Shown here: one piece after another, positions 49,117-60,639 of the stretch
How the letters are laid out: each line of letters opens with the position of its first letter
Position numbering within the stretch: position 1 is the stretch's first letter
NCBI GenBank assembly: GCA_051530055.1
Contig: CM121341.1
Span: 15,540,784-15,604,783 of the forward strand
From: Neoechinorhynchus agilis
Lineage: Eukaryota > Animalia > Acanthocephala
Length of the DNA stretch: 64,000 nt
Reading direction: 5' to 3'
Notes under the pieces: generated by a model
What the model saw: only the letters and a program-made list of their open reading frames with translations
Told to the model about the DNA's origin: nothing
The model's database searches: none
Position numbers and translations under genes: made by a program

Positions 49117-52100
49117 TCATTGTATAGAATTTATAGCTCGTTCATTATGATCATTCCACTTATTGTCGACATCCATTTTGCTGTAAAGACGTGAACAGCA
49201 AGATGCTTTGACACTTATAAGTCCTTTTGCTTCATTTAAGGGCAAAACAACATCTGATTCATCGGGTATATTTTCTTCACAAAATTCAACATACTGAGTA
49301 CTTGATAATTTTTCGATAACTTCTTTGAGATCTTTAACTTGCGAAATATCCTTTCGGTTAAGTCGCAACTTTATTTCAGTTTCTTTTCCACAACCAAACA
49401 TTGTCTTCAGCTTTAATGAACAGTAGATGATATCCCTAGTTAAATCGATCAGATCAAAGTAATCTGGTCCTTCAACTGATCTGAAAAACGAATCGTCAAA
49501 GTACTTCTCCTTAGCCAGGTCATTTGTCTGTTTCAAAACGATTTCCCACACATTCTGGCAAACGCTTGGAATAATAGGATAATGGAGACGTAACATTGCG
49601 GATAATAATTGACGAAGACACTCTTTTGATGGTTTAATGATCTTAGTTGCTTCAATGTAAAAATCAGAAAAATCACCTTTGAACAGTTGCTGAAGTTTTG
49701 ATGATAGTTTTAGGTATTCGAATTCTGTTAAATCATTCCGGAGTTCATTTGCAGTTTCCTTTATTCGATGCAACATCCATCGGTCAACAATTGATAAGCG
49801 TCCGTCTATTATGTCGACGGAGTCGGCAAGATTATGAAGCATTTAGGTAATAGCACTTTTCGTATTTAAGGAAACGCTGTTTATGTTTAATGAAAAATTT
49901 GTTCACACCAACCCAAGTAAAGAGAATACATCGCTTAAGCCGACTCCATCAAATTAATGCTTGAAAGCTTGGATGAGTTTTACTTCACAATTGATTAGCA
50001 TTTAGGGATAAACAATGGTAATAAATCGATGGAAATATGTTACAAATGTTAAATAACGTCGATCGCCTGATTATTAATTAACTATGGTCTTCGTGTTACC
50101 CTTTGACTGATCAATTTCTAGAGGTTTTCATATTTAACGGTCAATTCAAGAAAAAAACGGCAAAACCAATTCAGTTTTAAATCAGCTAAATTTTTCTGAA
50201 GTCGAGATTAATATACTCAACGTCATGTTTATCATTGTTTAAAAGTTTCGTTGAACTTAAATACTCGAAAGAGCAGATTGTAAAACAGTTTAAAAAATTA
50301 CTTGTTACAAACCTAAAAATCGACATTCCTTTCTAATCAATAGTGAAGCTTAAACTACAGCTATTTTCGTCATCGTAGGATTCCAAAATACCATAAATAT
50401 ATCGACAAGCATTCCAGAACTTATTAACATACTTCTGTCCGTCCGCGAATGACCTTTCAGCGTCCATTTTAATCGTTTCTTGCTTGAAATAATAATTGAG
50501 ACACGCATATCGAAACGCGTCAACTCCGTATTTTTCTACGATGTCAATAGGATTAATAACGTTTCCCTTGGACTTTGACATCTTCTTACCCTTCGTATCC
50601 ACAATTAATCCATGAAGTAAAATTCTTTTAAATGGTAAGCGATTGCTTAAAGCAAGACTCATCATAACCATTTTAGTTACCCACGGGGTTTGTGTTGGGT
50701 TTTTGTTGTTGTGGTTGGGTGGTGTGGTGTTTGTTGTTTTGTTGTTGTGTTTTTGGTTTTTTGTGTTTTTTTTGTTTGGGTTGTGTGTTTGTGGTGGGTG
50801 TGTGGTTGTTGGGTTTTTTGTTTTGGGGGTTTGTGTGTTGTGTTTTTTTGTTTTTGGGTTGAAGTTTCTTTTCCGCTGACATAGTGGTACTCTGTAACTC
50901 TTGTTCGAGTGAACTCGACTTAAATAACCTAGCTGAGATAATCATCCAGCTCTAAGTTCTCTTGCTTCATACACATTGAATCCGTCCACAGCTGGAACTC
51001 TGCAGCGCATACAATCATTAGAATCGATTACCGATTTTCGAAGAAGATTGTGAGTGTTCCCGATTTCGAAATCCATGAAGTCATGAGCAGGACTAATTTT
51101 AACAATTCCTGTGCCTTTAAAACTGCGGCATGGTTCAACGTAAACCCAAGAGAGAACCACGGTCGCCAAGTATATCCGGATAGACGCGCTTATCCGCTAT
51201 AAAAGGAATTCTTTCACCAGTCAATGGATTACAAGCCATTCGCCCTATAAGATGAGACTTTGAAACATCGTCAGGATTTACGGCAAGAGCAACATCACCG
51301 AATATCGTCTCGGGTCTTCTTGTAGCTACCTCGACCCAATCGCCAGTGAAGTCATCGATGTCATACCGAACAAAAAACATTCTACCAAGCTCTATAGAAC
51401 GACCGCTTGGCAACCGATATTTGGTCCCCCCTATCATTTCCACGAGTTTTACTTCAGTGTCGGACACCGTCGTCTGTAGAAAAGAACTCCAATTCACGAG
51501 TTGTTCCTGTCTTCTAATAAACGGTTTGTTATCTCGCGATTTCTTGTATCGTAACTTTTGAAACGAGTCAACAACGAAATTATTAAAACTATCATTTAGA
51601 GTGTAGTATTCTCTGCACATGTTTGTTCGATCTTTTAAGTAAAACAAATATTCTAAATTTTAAATGGCCATATCAAAGATTGAAAGATCGTCCATTAACG
51701 CAAAACTTTTGGTAAGAATATAACAGAGAAAAATAAATTGCGTAATACCTGTTTTTAAGTAATTTGAATCACTAAGAATTTTGGGAGCAAAATCTCCAAG
51801 AAAAGAGATTTTTAAAGTTAAAATAAGATACCAATTCGTAAAACTAAGTTTAAATATTAATTACACTTCTAAACGTATCTTTCATTCAGAAAACTAAGGC
51901 GATTGGAAAAATAACTTTTGAACGCAGACAACAAAAAGGTAGTAAATATCTAAAACTTTAGTTCGAAATCGAACGAACATGCCTATCCCAGCATAGTTTC
52001 ACTCCCAATTTCTTCAACTGAGACTTCATTTCTTGTCTCCTTTTATCCGTCCATGCTCTGATCGTGCATTGATCGATTTTTCTAGAATCTCTCAAAGCGC

Positions 52101-52395
52101 TTCGGGCAGCCAAGTGACCAGCAATGCCAGCGTGATCAAATCCGGGTATCCAACTTATTTCGTTTCCATAAAGCATCAACTGCGACCTAACATGAACGTC
52201 CTGAATTACAGCATTAAATGCATGTCCTATATGAAGTTGACCGGTTACGTTTGGTGGAGGCAATACCATGGTGTTTCCAGCCAACGAGTACGGCGTAGAT
52301 ACTTTTGACTTTACGTTTGTCTCCATCCTTAAAGTGTCATATTTAGACGGAAGCTTGCTGAAGCGGTAGCCATTAGATGTGATTAATTTTGACAT
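49117..52395 (-). CDS. VARS2: Valyl-tRNA synthetase, probably mitochondrial; middle section disrupted in this sequence
   Basis: PPPNVTGQLHIGH, PGFDHAGIA, ATRRPETIFGDVALAVNP, GTGIVKISPAHD, HGLIVD..GKKMSKSKGN, NKFWNA, DRWML, FSDFYIEATK; no GST-like N-terminal extension. Confidence 0.9.
50685..50861. repeat. 177-nt tract made only of G and T, aperiodic
   Basis: No A or C between 50685 and 50861. Confidence 0.97.
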
Positions 52396-53094
52396 ATCGA
52401 AAATTAGGATGTTATCTGAAGGAAAAGGAGGTCGATGAACTTAGGTGGTGGCCTATAAAATTTCAAATTTTACTAATATTCACGGCGATATCTTCAACGA
52501 TCATTTTTGAAATAAAATGTACATCCTAAATTAATTGTTGGTTTTCGTTCGTCGAATTTACTCACCAATAAGTGACTTGTTTTAATTTGAGAACCAACTG
52601 CTTTGAAAAGACCACTAATATGTGAAACGAATGGCTCAAACTTTGATTGAAGTTATTTTTAGTTGAAAAGATGCATGCTGATACTTCGCTAAAAATTTCG
52701 AACCTAGTAGATTTTATTTATAGAAATGAATTCATGAAAAGGTGACTGATTTAAATTTGAAAATGGAACGATCTCTAAATGTTGTTGGGATGACTTTGAG
52801 CTTATTTTCAATAGAATCATGAAAAATTAATTCGTAAAAACGTAAGAATTAAAGCATGAAAGGGTTCACTTGAGCAAATCAAATCAATGATTTTGAGAAA
52901 TACACGCAAAAGCGGGATTCGCCACACTTCGACGTGCTGGAAAAATAACGATACTTTCCATCAAGGAGTATACTTATTAGCGAGTTACATAACAGCAGCA
53001 GTCATTAGTCAATTGAATTTAATCCTTGGTGTTGCGCTGTTTATTAAAATGGACATTGAAAATTCGTTGATTTTGCTTTACTATAAGTAATCTA

Positions 53095-53279
53095 ATGTTT
53101 GTTTACGACGGAAAAATTGTAGGAATTTTATTAAATCCGATATTTAGGCACAATATTGTGCCTTTATTAAGGTTGCTTGTGAAAAAATTTCAAGTGTAAA
53201 TTGTGCCCAAATATCGGATTTAATAAAATTCCTTCGAATTTTCCGCCATAAACAAACACGAATAATTCAATTTTCAGAC
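53095..53279. mobile_element. MITE with inverted repeats of about 60 bp
   Basis: ATGTTTGTTT..GGAAAAATT..GGAATTTTATTAAATCCGATATTT.GGCACAAT mirrored at 53190-53259. Confidence 0.85.
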
Positions 53280-53522
53280 TGCTAACCTAATGCACGAAAG
53301 CATAAAAACGGGAGTCGAATTATGATTGTAAACGAAACGGGTTCAAATACAGTTTTACATTCGTTGAAAAAACAACTAAAACTGATTGAATCAAAGAAAT
53401 AATCTGATTGATTGCAAAAAAATACTTTTGTGTGAAAACTTATATAGTATATTTAATCCAGGAGACATTCGTGAGGATGGTATATAATGGTGCTCAATGA
53501 GCCTCACGAATTCCTTTTGACT

Positions 53523-54213
53523 TTATTCATCTTCCGCCGGCAAAACCTCTTTAGGTAACAACTTGTATCCACATCCTTTTCTTATGATCTTAACCGGATT
53601 ACCAGTGAGATCAGCGACTGTCGATCCGCTTCTATCGCCATCATGTATAACTATTTCTCCACCATCAACGATCAAATCAATGTTTGCAGCAATCTGAGGC
53701 ATAAGTTAAATTTTATGATTTCAGAAAAAAATCACAAAATTTGGGCTTTAGTTCGGACCACTAAGATTGGCACTGGTCAGTGCGATACACATACCGAGCT
53801 TTTGTTCTACTTGCCCACAGAGATCAATCATGAAATTATCGTCCGGAATCCGAATGCCAATTGTGGCATTTTTGGGATTTAAAAAATGAGGAAGATGCAA
53901 AGATCGATTTAGAACAAAAGTGAAAGGTCCCGGAAGCAGTTCGCTGAACAGATTGCGAAATCCGGTATGCCTAATGTCCTCCAGTTTGGTGTATTTACCA
54001 ATTTGATCGATATTCGACAAACAGATAGCAAGAGGCCTAGATTCGTCCCTACCTTTAATGGCATAAATTTTATTCACAGCCTTCTCGGAAGAGGCTAAAC
54101 AACAAATCCCGTAGATCGTGTCTGTAGGCACAACCAAAGTGGAGTGATTTTTCCAACAATTTAACGATTTCAGTGAAATTAACATCAGTCGATTTCACTG
54201 TTGGAGTTTTCAT
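53523..54213 (-). CDS. YRDC: Threonylcarbamoyl-AMP synthase (YrdC/Sua5 domain), with frame problems
   Basis: VVPTDTIYG, IYAIKGR...PLAI, LLPGPFT, IGIRIPD, ALTSANLSG, DLIVDGG, GSTVADL, IIRKG. Confidence 0.9.
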
Positions 54214-54409
54214 CTAAAAACTCTCCAGCTTTATTCTATAGTTTAGTCTACTTGGAGCAGTATACGGAACAAAGTTGGGACCAAAGCTTAGGATTTCCAG
54301 TACTTCACTAGGAAGTACAAAGTTCGAAATATTTACGACATCCTTAGTATGATCCGATGGAAGGAAAAACCTCCCATGTGTGAGACGACTAATTTTCCGA
54401 CACTGACGG

Positions 54410-55590
54410 TTGTAGATGAATTTTGAATTGAATGCTGCGAAATGCGAGATTTTAGTGATGAACGTGGATGATGTGGCATCCAGCCAACTTATCGTGAAAT
54501 ATTTTCAGAACTTGGTCCCCGGGATAGAGCTGATCACTTTAGATTGGTTGAGTCTTCTAGGAAGTTGCATTTTTGGTTCTAATTTCGAAGCAGCGATTGC
54601 CAATCTTCAACCGCCACTTTCGGTACTGTGCGAACGAGTTGATGAATTATCTTCACATGAGGCTCTTTTCCTGATCAAGAACACCATTTTCATTCCAAAA
54701 CTGCACCTTTTTAGACATAAAGATAAGCCGGCAAAATTAGACGAGACGGTGATAGCCTATCTCGAGAAAACTTTAAATACTCAGCTGCAAGACAAGGCCT
54801 GGCGTCAAGCGTCCTTGCCTTTATCGTCCGACGGTTTGGGTATCCGCAAAGCAGCTGATATTTCTCTGCCAGCTTATTTGGGATCGTATGAAGCAAGTCG
54901 CTTAGTAGTTAAATCCGTTCTGTGCGAGAATTACACTTTGGATGAAGATTTCATGGAGGCGCTTAATCTTTGGTGTGGAGATTCAGGCAGCGAACAGGTA
55001 GCCGTGCGTGACGAGACAGTAAGGATTGCACTGAGGCTTGGGGTACCGATGTGCACATCCCATCGCTGCCGTTGCGGAGCGACCGCCATGGTATCGTCCT
55101 TCGGCAATCAGGCGAAAGGTACTCACGCTATTCCGAAATGAACGCAATTGTTAGTCGTGTCCTGAATACTGTGAATGCGCCCAACATCCTAGAGCCTAGC
55201 AATATTTGCCGACTCGATGGCCGTAGGCCGGACGGTGTCCCAGCATTCCCGTGGGGATAAGGAAAATGCCTTCTCTGGGACGCCACGTTCGTGGACACGC
55301 TCGCAACCAGGGGGAGTTGCAACCGCCGCGAACGCAAAAGGACAAAATACAGGGACCTGAGCCGGAATCATTATTTTGTTCCCTTTAGTGTCGAGACGCT
55401 CGGGTCATTTGGTACCGCGGCACAGGACCGTGTTAAGCAATTGTCTAAGAGATTGAGATGAATCACTGGCGATCAGAGGGCAGGAGCATTCCTTCTGTAA
55501 AACATAAGTCTGGCTGTGCAACGAGGGAACACTGCATCAGTCCTTTCGACCGTTACACCAGGACGGCAGATGAGTGATCCAGAGCGGTGA
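54410..55590 (+). mobile_element. CRE family A remnant (longest family A copy)
   Basis: LNAAKCEI, LLGS, WRQASLPL..GLGIRKA, RRPDG..PW, FVPFSVETLG and the family A 3' end. Confidence 0.9.
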
Positions 55591-56561
55591 TGTGAGGTAA
55601 TCAAAGTAAAATAATAAAGCAACTAGGTTTGGAAAAAAATAATAAATTATTTTTATTCTGCATTGGAGTCCATGAATATTTTAATTTTCTACGATTTTTC
55701 AAAAACTTTCGACATCATAGACATCGACCTCATTTTGAATATCATAGAGTGTTTGCCCATTTAAATAATATTCTGAGATGTAAGCGTTTCTTCTTCAAAG
55801 ACGATCCTCAACGAACGTGTTGCTTTCAAACCTCAGGTCTTACTACTGTCGCCGAGCTTTTTTCCTGGCAAATCAAAAAATGGTGAAAAAGTTAACTTCT
55901 GGGATTCACCTATCAGTGTATGCGGTAAATATAACGGTGCTCATCATTCAAATGACGGTCTCTATTTCGATTAATTGTAATCGATTTTTTACTAGGGATT
56001 TCAACGATTTGACTTGCCAGGCGGTGAGACCAGCATGTATCAAGGAGAAGATTTTGATCGATGGAGTCAAATGCTTTATGAATGTCGACTTGGATGAGTC
56101 GAGAGATAAATAAAAGACGTGCATCGAGATTATGAAGAAGAGAATCGAAGATAAGAAAAGCCTGACCAGAAACTGAATTGAATGGGTGAAATTTTTCGAT
56201 TGAAGATTGGCAGAAGGTGTGCTTTAAAGCATCTAGAAAAGGAATTTAGACATTTTGTAAAATATTCCTCGCCTTGATGGAAGACAATATCTTAGAAGAA
56301 ATTTCAATCTTGGCGAAAAGCAGCAATCGCCTGGATAAAATCTGTATATTTTTATGAGGTTATTTATGCAATGTGCTCAGAACGCTTTCTAGGTTTCATT
56401 TTAAACGTCAGTAGCATAGATTTCCTTCCCATCAAAGACCGTCGCTTTGACCTAAAGGCCCAATAAGCTCTGAACGGTTTCTATGGGAAGCAACCACTCG
56501 ATAATAAAGAATATTTTTCTTAACGAATAGATGAGCTTTATTAATTATGCTGCTTCGTTCC

Positions 56562-57041
56562 TTAACCTTTCTTTTTGGATCTTTGCTTTCCGAAAGTAAA
56601 GAGTCCGACAATCGCTGCTCCCAATAATCCAGCGGCTCCAAATGTAAGTGCGGTAGTAGATAGTTCACGAAATTTCATTTCTTCGATTTCATTTTTAAGC
56701 TCAATTGCGTCCTTGTTTTGAGGATTGATTTCGAGAATGGAATCAACTAATCGGATGGCTTTCTCCGGAAATCCGAGTTTAGCTTCAGCGATTGCCATGT
56801 AGAGCAAATACTTACCAGTTAAACTGTCATCATGACTTTCATTATATAATGAACGAATGAGTTCATTTCCCCGTTTGATTAGTTCAGGTTTCTTTTTCGG
56901 TTGAAGAATAAGGGCAGAAGCGTAGTTGAACGTCGCGGATGATCCAGCTAAACCATTGTAACGATGCAACTCCTCTTCGTAAGCCGCCTTAAATGACCGA
57001 AAAGTCAAATCGTCAATTTCACAGTCCAAACGCTGAAGCAT
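56562..57041 (-). CDS. FIS1: Mitochondrial fission protein 1, intronless
   Basis: TFNYASALI...RG..LIRSL...YLLYMAIAEAKLG..EKA...VDSILEINPQNKDAIELK, then a C-terminal TM helix and basic tail. Confidence 0.88.
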   Translation of the reverse strand: MLQRLDCEIDDLTFRSFKAAYEEELHRYNGLAGSSATFNYASALILQPKKKPELIKRGNELIRSLYNESHDDSLTGKYLLYMAIAEAKLGFPEKAIRLVDSILEINPQNKDAIELKNEIEEMKFRELSTTALTFGAAGLLGAAIVGLFTFGKQRSKKKG

Positions 57042-57229
57042 CCGTGATTCTAGACTTATTTCCGCGTATGAACTGCAATCACATTTCTTCCGGCGAATAA
57101 GCGTCATATCAACTGAAATGGGAATTATTGTTTCTCGTATAAAAAGTCCAGCAGCACAATCGAAATGTTATTTTTCAAAAAGCTAACTTTGGATAGCTCA
57201 CTTAGGCCTGCTGTATAATCCCAGTCGAT

Positions 57230-58420
57230 ATCTACGAGCAAATGATTTCGTATTTCAAGGAACTAAATATAGGAAATATTTTCTGCTCGCGTGGCACCAT
57301 TTTATTAATCATCTCGTCTATTTCGAATTTCCTTTGCCGTAAAAAGCCACTATTATACATTCCGATATTAACTATGCAATCACCACAGCCCGCAGTCGCC
57401 ATCACGTTAGCAGCATTGCCTCGTTGAACTGCAATCGAGATATTTTGTCGCAGGAATACACCAGTTCGTGCGTCGCCGGTCGTTTCTCTAAATTTCTTCG
57501 AGAGATCCTGGGGCAGAGTGAGCGCCGAGCTGCAAAGCGCACCATACGTCTCTACTCCGAAGGGGGCAAAATAATGGGCCCTCTCTAAATCCCTATATTT
57601 TTGTACCTTCCTCCCTTCCGCTGCACTGAATGCACCTTCAGCGATTTCGAGAGAGTACGGAATGTTGCTTACTGCGAGGGTGTCCACACCCCGCCACGGA
57701 AAGACCGAAATTCCGTCAGGTCGACGACCGTCTAGTCGACAAAGATGAGTGGGTTCCAAGATGTTGGGGAAGTTCGCCGTTCCCAACGTCCGAGAAATTA
57801 CGCTGTTGATCCCAGAATGGCGTGAGAACCTTCCTCCTGACTTTAGGCAAACGAGACCGTGTCGCCCGAAAGCATCAACCAAAGACCCGCATCGACAGCG
57901 ATAGGGCGTGCATATCGGGAGACTTAGTCTTAAGGACACTGCGATCCTCGTTACCTTATCAGTAAGAAGAGTTCCCACTGGTGCCAGAGGAACAGCCTCC
58001 AGCCATGCCCCGATTCTCGTGTCGAAACTGCCAACAATCTAGCTCGGACGACCCCATCGCGAGAACCTGAAAGTAGAGAGCTCTAGCGACCAGAGGTCTG
58101 TTCCAGATAGACTGTCTGAGGCCATTCACGGGAACATGGTTTGCGCCCGTCTGCTAGCACCATTCTTCAACTGCCACCACAGTCTTGGTCAAGACAAAAC
58201 TTTTCCCTCAGAATTTTCTGCGCTATCGGTTGACTTCCCTCATACGATCCAAGGAAGGCTGGTCCCCAGATGACGCAGGTAATGAAGCTTGCCGCCACGC
58301 CTCATCTGAGAGCTGGACATTTAAAATACGCTCGAGACAAGCCCTCACCTCGTCGTCGAGCTTAGCCAATCCTTCCTTGCTTTCAAAATGGAAACGTATT
58401 TTCAAATTTCAATGACATCA
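57230..58420 (-). mobile_element. CRE family B remnant
   Basis: AWRQASLP, RIAVSLRL.LPIC.PYRCRCG...RHGLVC...RFSRH, RRPDG, ISIAVQRGNAA. Confidence 0.9.
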
Positions 58421-58526
58421 AATCAGAAAAAAAAGAAATTTGTACGGCAGTGAGCTCATTCTTTTTAAGCATGGTAAGTTATTAGTAGCGCTTTCTTTGC
58501 AATCGATATTTTTACAACATCACCCT

Positions 58527-59208
58527 TTACTGTTCATCAAGTTTCCCGTATATCTATCAAAGCAAATAAGAAGAGGTCACATTGAAAAAATACCTTAAAA
58601 TAATATGGACTCAATTCTTCATAACTCAAATCCCAATATTCAGACCAACTGTTGGCGTCCTCGAGTTTCGTCAGTGCGAATTCTGCACTTGAGTTGACAA
58701 TATTACAAATTCTAACGACGGAGTTCATCAGCTGCTCCCGAACAATTTCCTTGTCTTTATGGTAACAGTGTATATGAAGTTCAATGAAAATGAATTTTAA
58801 GAACAAACCACTAGACTCTGGATTCCTTTTTACTTTGAAACATACATTCCAAATTTCCCATGGTTTCGCCAAACACCGAAAAACTGAATCTATCACTCGA
58901 TGTCGAATTATGTTCTTTGTGGTAAATTCAATAACCAACTGAAGTTGAAATGCAGCATTAGTTTTTTATCAAACACAATGATTACCTTTGGATTTGGCGT
59001 GTTTTTTATCGAATCGACGAATAAGTTAATTGCTTCGTCGACCTCTCTCGTCAACCGATTGCTGGATATGCGAACCTAAATAACACTATATTTTCTGTTC
59101 ATTGATGACAACGGGTACATAAGTGAAATCAACACAATCTGATGAACAGTCAACGTCGTCGAAATCGATTGGACCAACGACCATCTTGTTTTCTTTATTT
59201 ATAGTCAA
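58527..59208 (-). CDS. ATG101: Autophagy-related protein 101 (5' exon unresolved)
   Basis: Splicing short GT-AG introns gives DDVDCSSDCVDFTYVRISSNRLTREV...LVIEFTTK...PWEIWNV...EIVREQL...ICNIVN...LSPYYFKIY, matching human DVDCDFIDFTYVRVSS...PWEVWTV...VQPYLYKI. Confidence 0.88.
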
Positions 59209-60639
59209 CTAAAATTGGCTGGATAAAGATATGTTCATCGAGTGATTTTCTTAAGTGAAAAAAATCGATTGTAAGCTCCAAGTTCAACCCCACAGAGTTA
59301 TTTATTAAAAAAATTCTCAATTTAGTTGAGCTTGTGCTTTAGACGGATTGTAAAGTAAATGATGCAGAGTATTCCGTAAATCGACTTTTTTGTCACTTAA
59401 AAGTTACCACTTTAATATTATGGGCATGAAAATCACAATATAGCCCAATCGACCAATACCTTTCCTTTAAAGCGATTGAAGAATATCGTGTGCACCAATG
59501 CTATTTTGAAAGCTAGTTTAAATGATAAATTTTTAATTGATAGCTGACCCAGAGAAACGTCCTTCACTGCAATTGAAGGGACTTCCTAAGTGCAAGCCAT
59601 AGGATTATTAGATTCATAAATTGTTACCAACGAATTCAATGTTGTGAGAACTTGCATTCATTCAACTCAAATCGTTTTATATCTGAAGACAAAACAGTTT
59701 AATATTTTTTAGTCAAACGTGGCCAAAGGAATTCCACCGTTGCGGCTCACGACGGTGAAATTAAACATACGGCATTCGAGATGGGAAAAGTTCAAAAAGT
59801 AAACCTGACGATTAAATGATTACCACAAAGCAATGTAGGCACCGTGGGTTTCGAACCGTGCGAAGAATGGGCTTTTTAAATGTCAAGTTGATACCACTGT
59901 CTTAAAAAAGAAGAATTTGAGCGTTAAGAAATTAGCCATTTAAACAAAAGTGAGGAGCGTTTGTTCTTGAAAAAGTTAAAGGTAGAAACCAAATGCGACC
60001 ACTAAAAAAGTTTCAGTGTGTTTAATACGGTAAAAAGTTTTAATCCGTCGGTTGTATCCGATCTCCATCAGAGCACAAATTTCACAATTCTCAAAAAACC
60101 CGTGTATTACCAGCATTATTGAACAAATAAAAATTCACGGCACGAAGCATTTATTTATGAACGTAATTGAAAGAAAAAATCAATTCCCGGCAAAATATTT
60201 GAAATGCATAACAAACGCTCCCTGGCTACAGTGCGTTTATAAAAGTCATATTTCGCTCAAGAACTATAAATTCCATCACACTAAAACTATATATATTTTA
60301 AGTTGTAAAATATATCGTAATTGCAGTAATTGGAACGTTCATTCGTAAATTTAGAGAATATTTGTAGATGTACCATGATTTTAGATAGTTTAAAAACTAG
60401 TTTTGCGAAGAAACGTAGGTTTCGAAGTTGATCAAATGTTTAAAAATGCACTAAATTTGATGAAAATTTAATACTTTAAACGTTTGAAGATTGAATTATT
60501 CATGTTTGTTTATGGTGGAAAAATTAAGGGAATTTATCCAATCCGATATTTCAGCAGTCTCGTGCCTTCATAAAAGTCGAAAAAGCACAAGCGGAGGATG
60601 GTTTAATTTACACTGCGCTTAGATTTTAACCTGGCGAAG

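Noticed and set aside
50942-50944. Stop-codon reassignment to explain the in-frame TGA and TAA
   Set aside because: SFT2 ends in TGA, many genes end in TAA, and tubulin uses TGG for Trp
50643-50945. K/T/Q/N-rich and V/F/G/C-rich ORFs
   Set aside because: Translation artefacts of the G/T tract
55790-56250. Possible exons (FDLPGGETSMYQGEDFDRW) and a Tc1-like SIEDWQKVCF fragment
   Set aside because: Too short and frame-broken to support
56562-59208. Functional cluster of FIS1 and ATG101 with other mitochondrial genes
   Set aside because: Housekeeping genes are common in gene-dense regions; no evidence of co-regulation
59835-59910. tRNA 3'-half-like GGTTCGAAACCCACGGTGCC on the minus strand
   Set aside because: No matching 5' acceptor strand or anticodon arm; at most a SINE/tRNA relic
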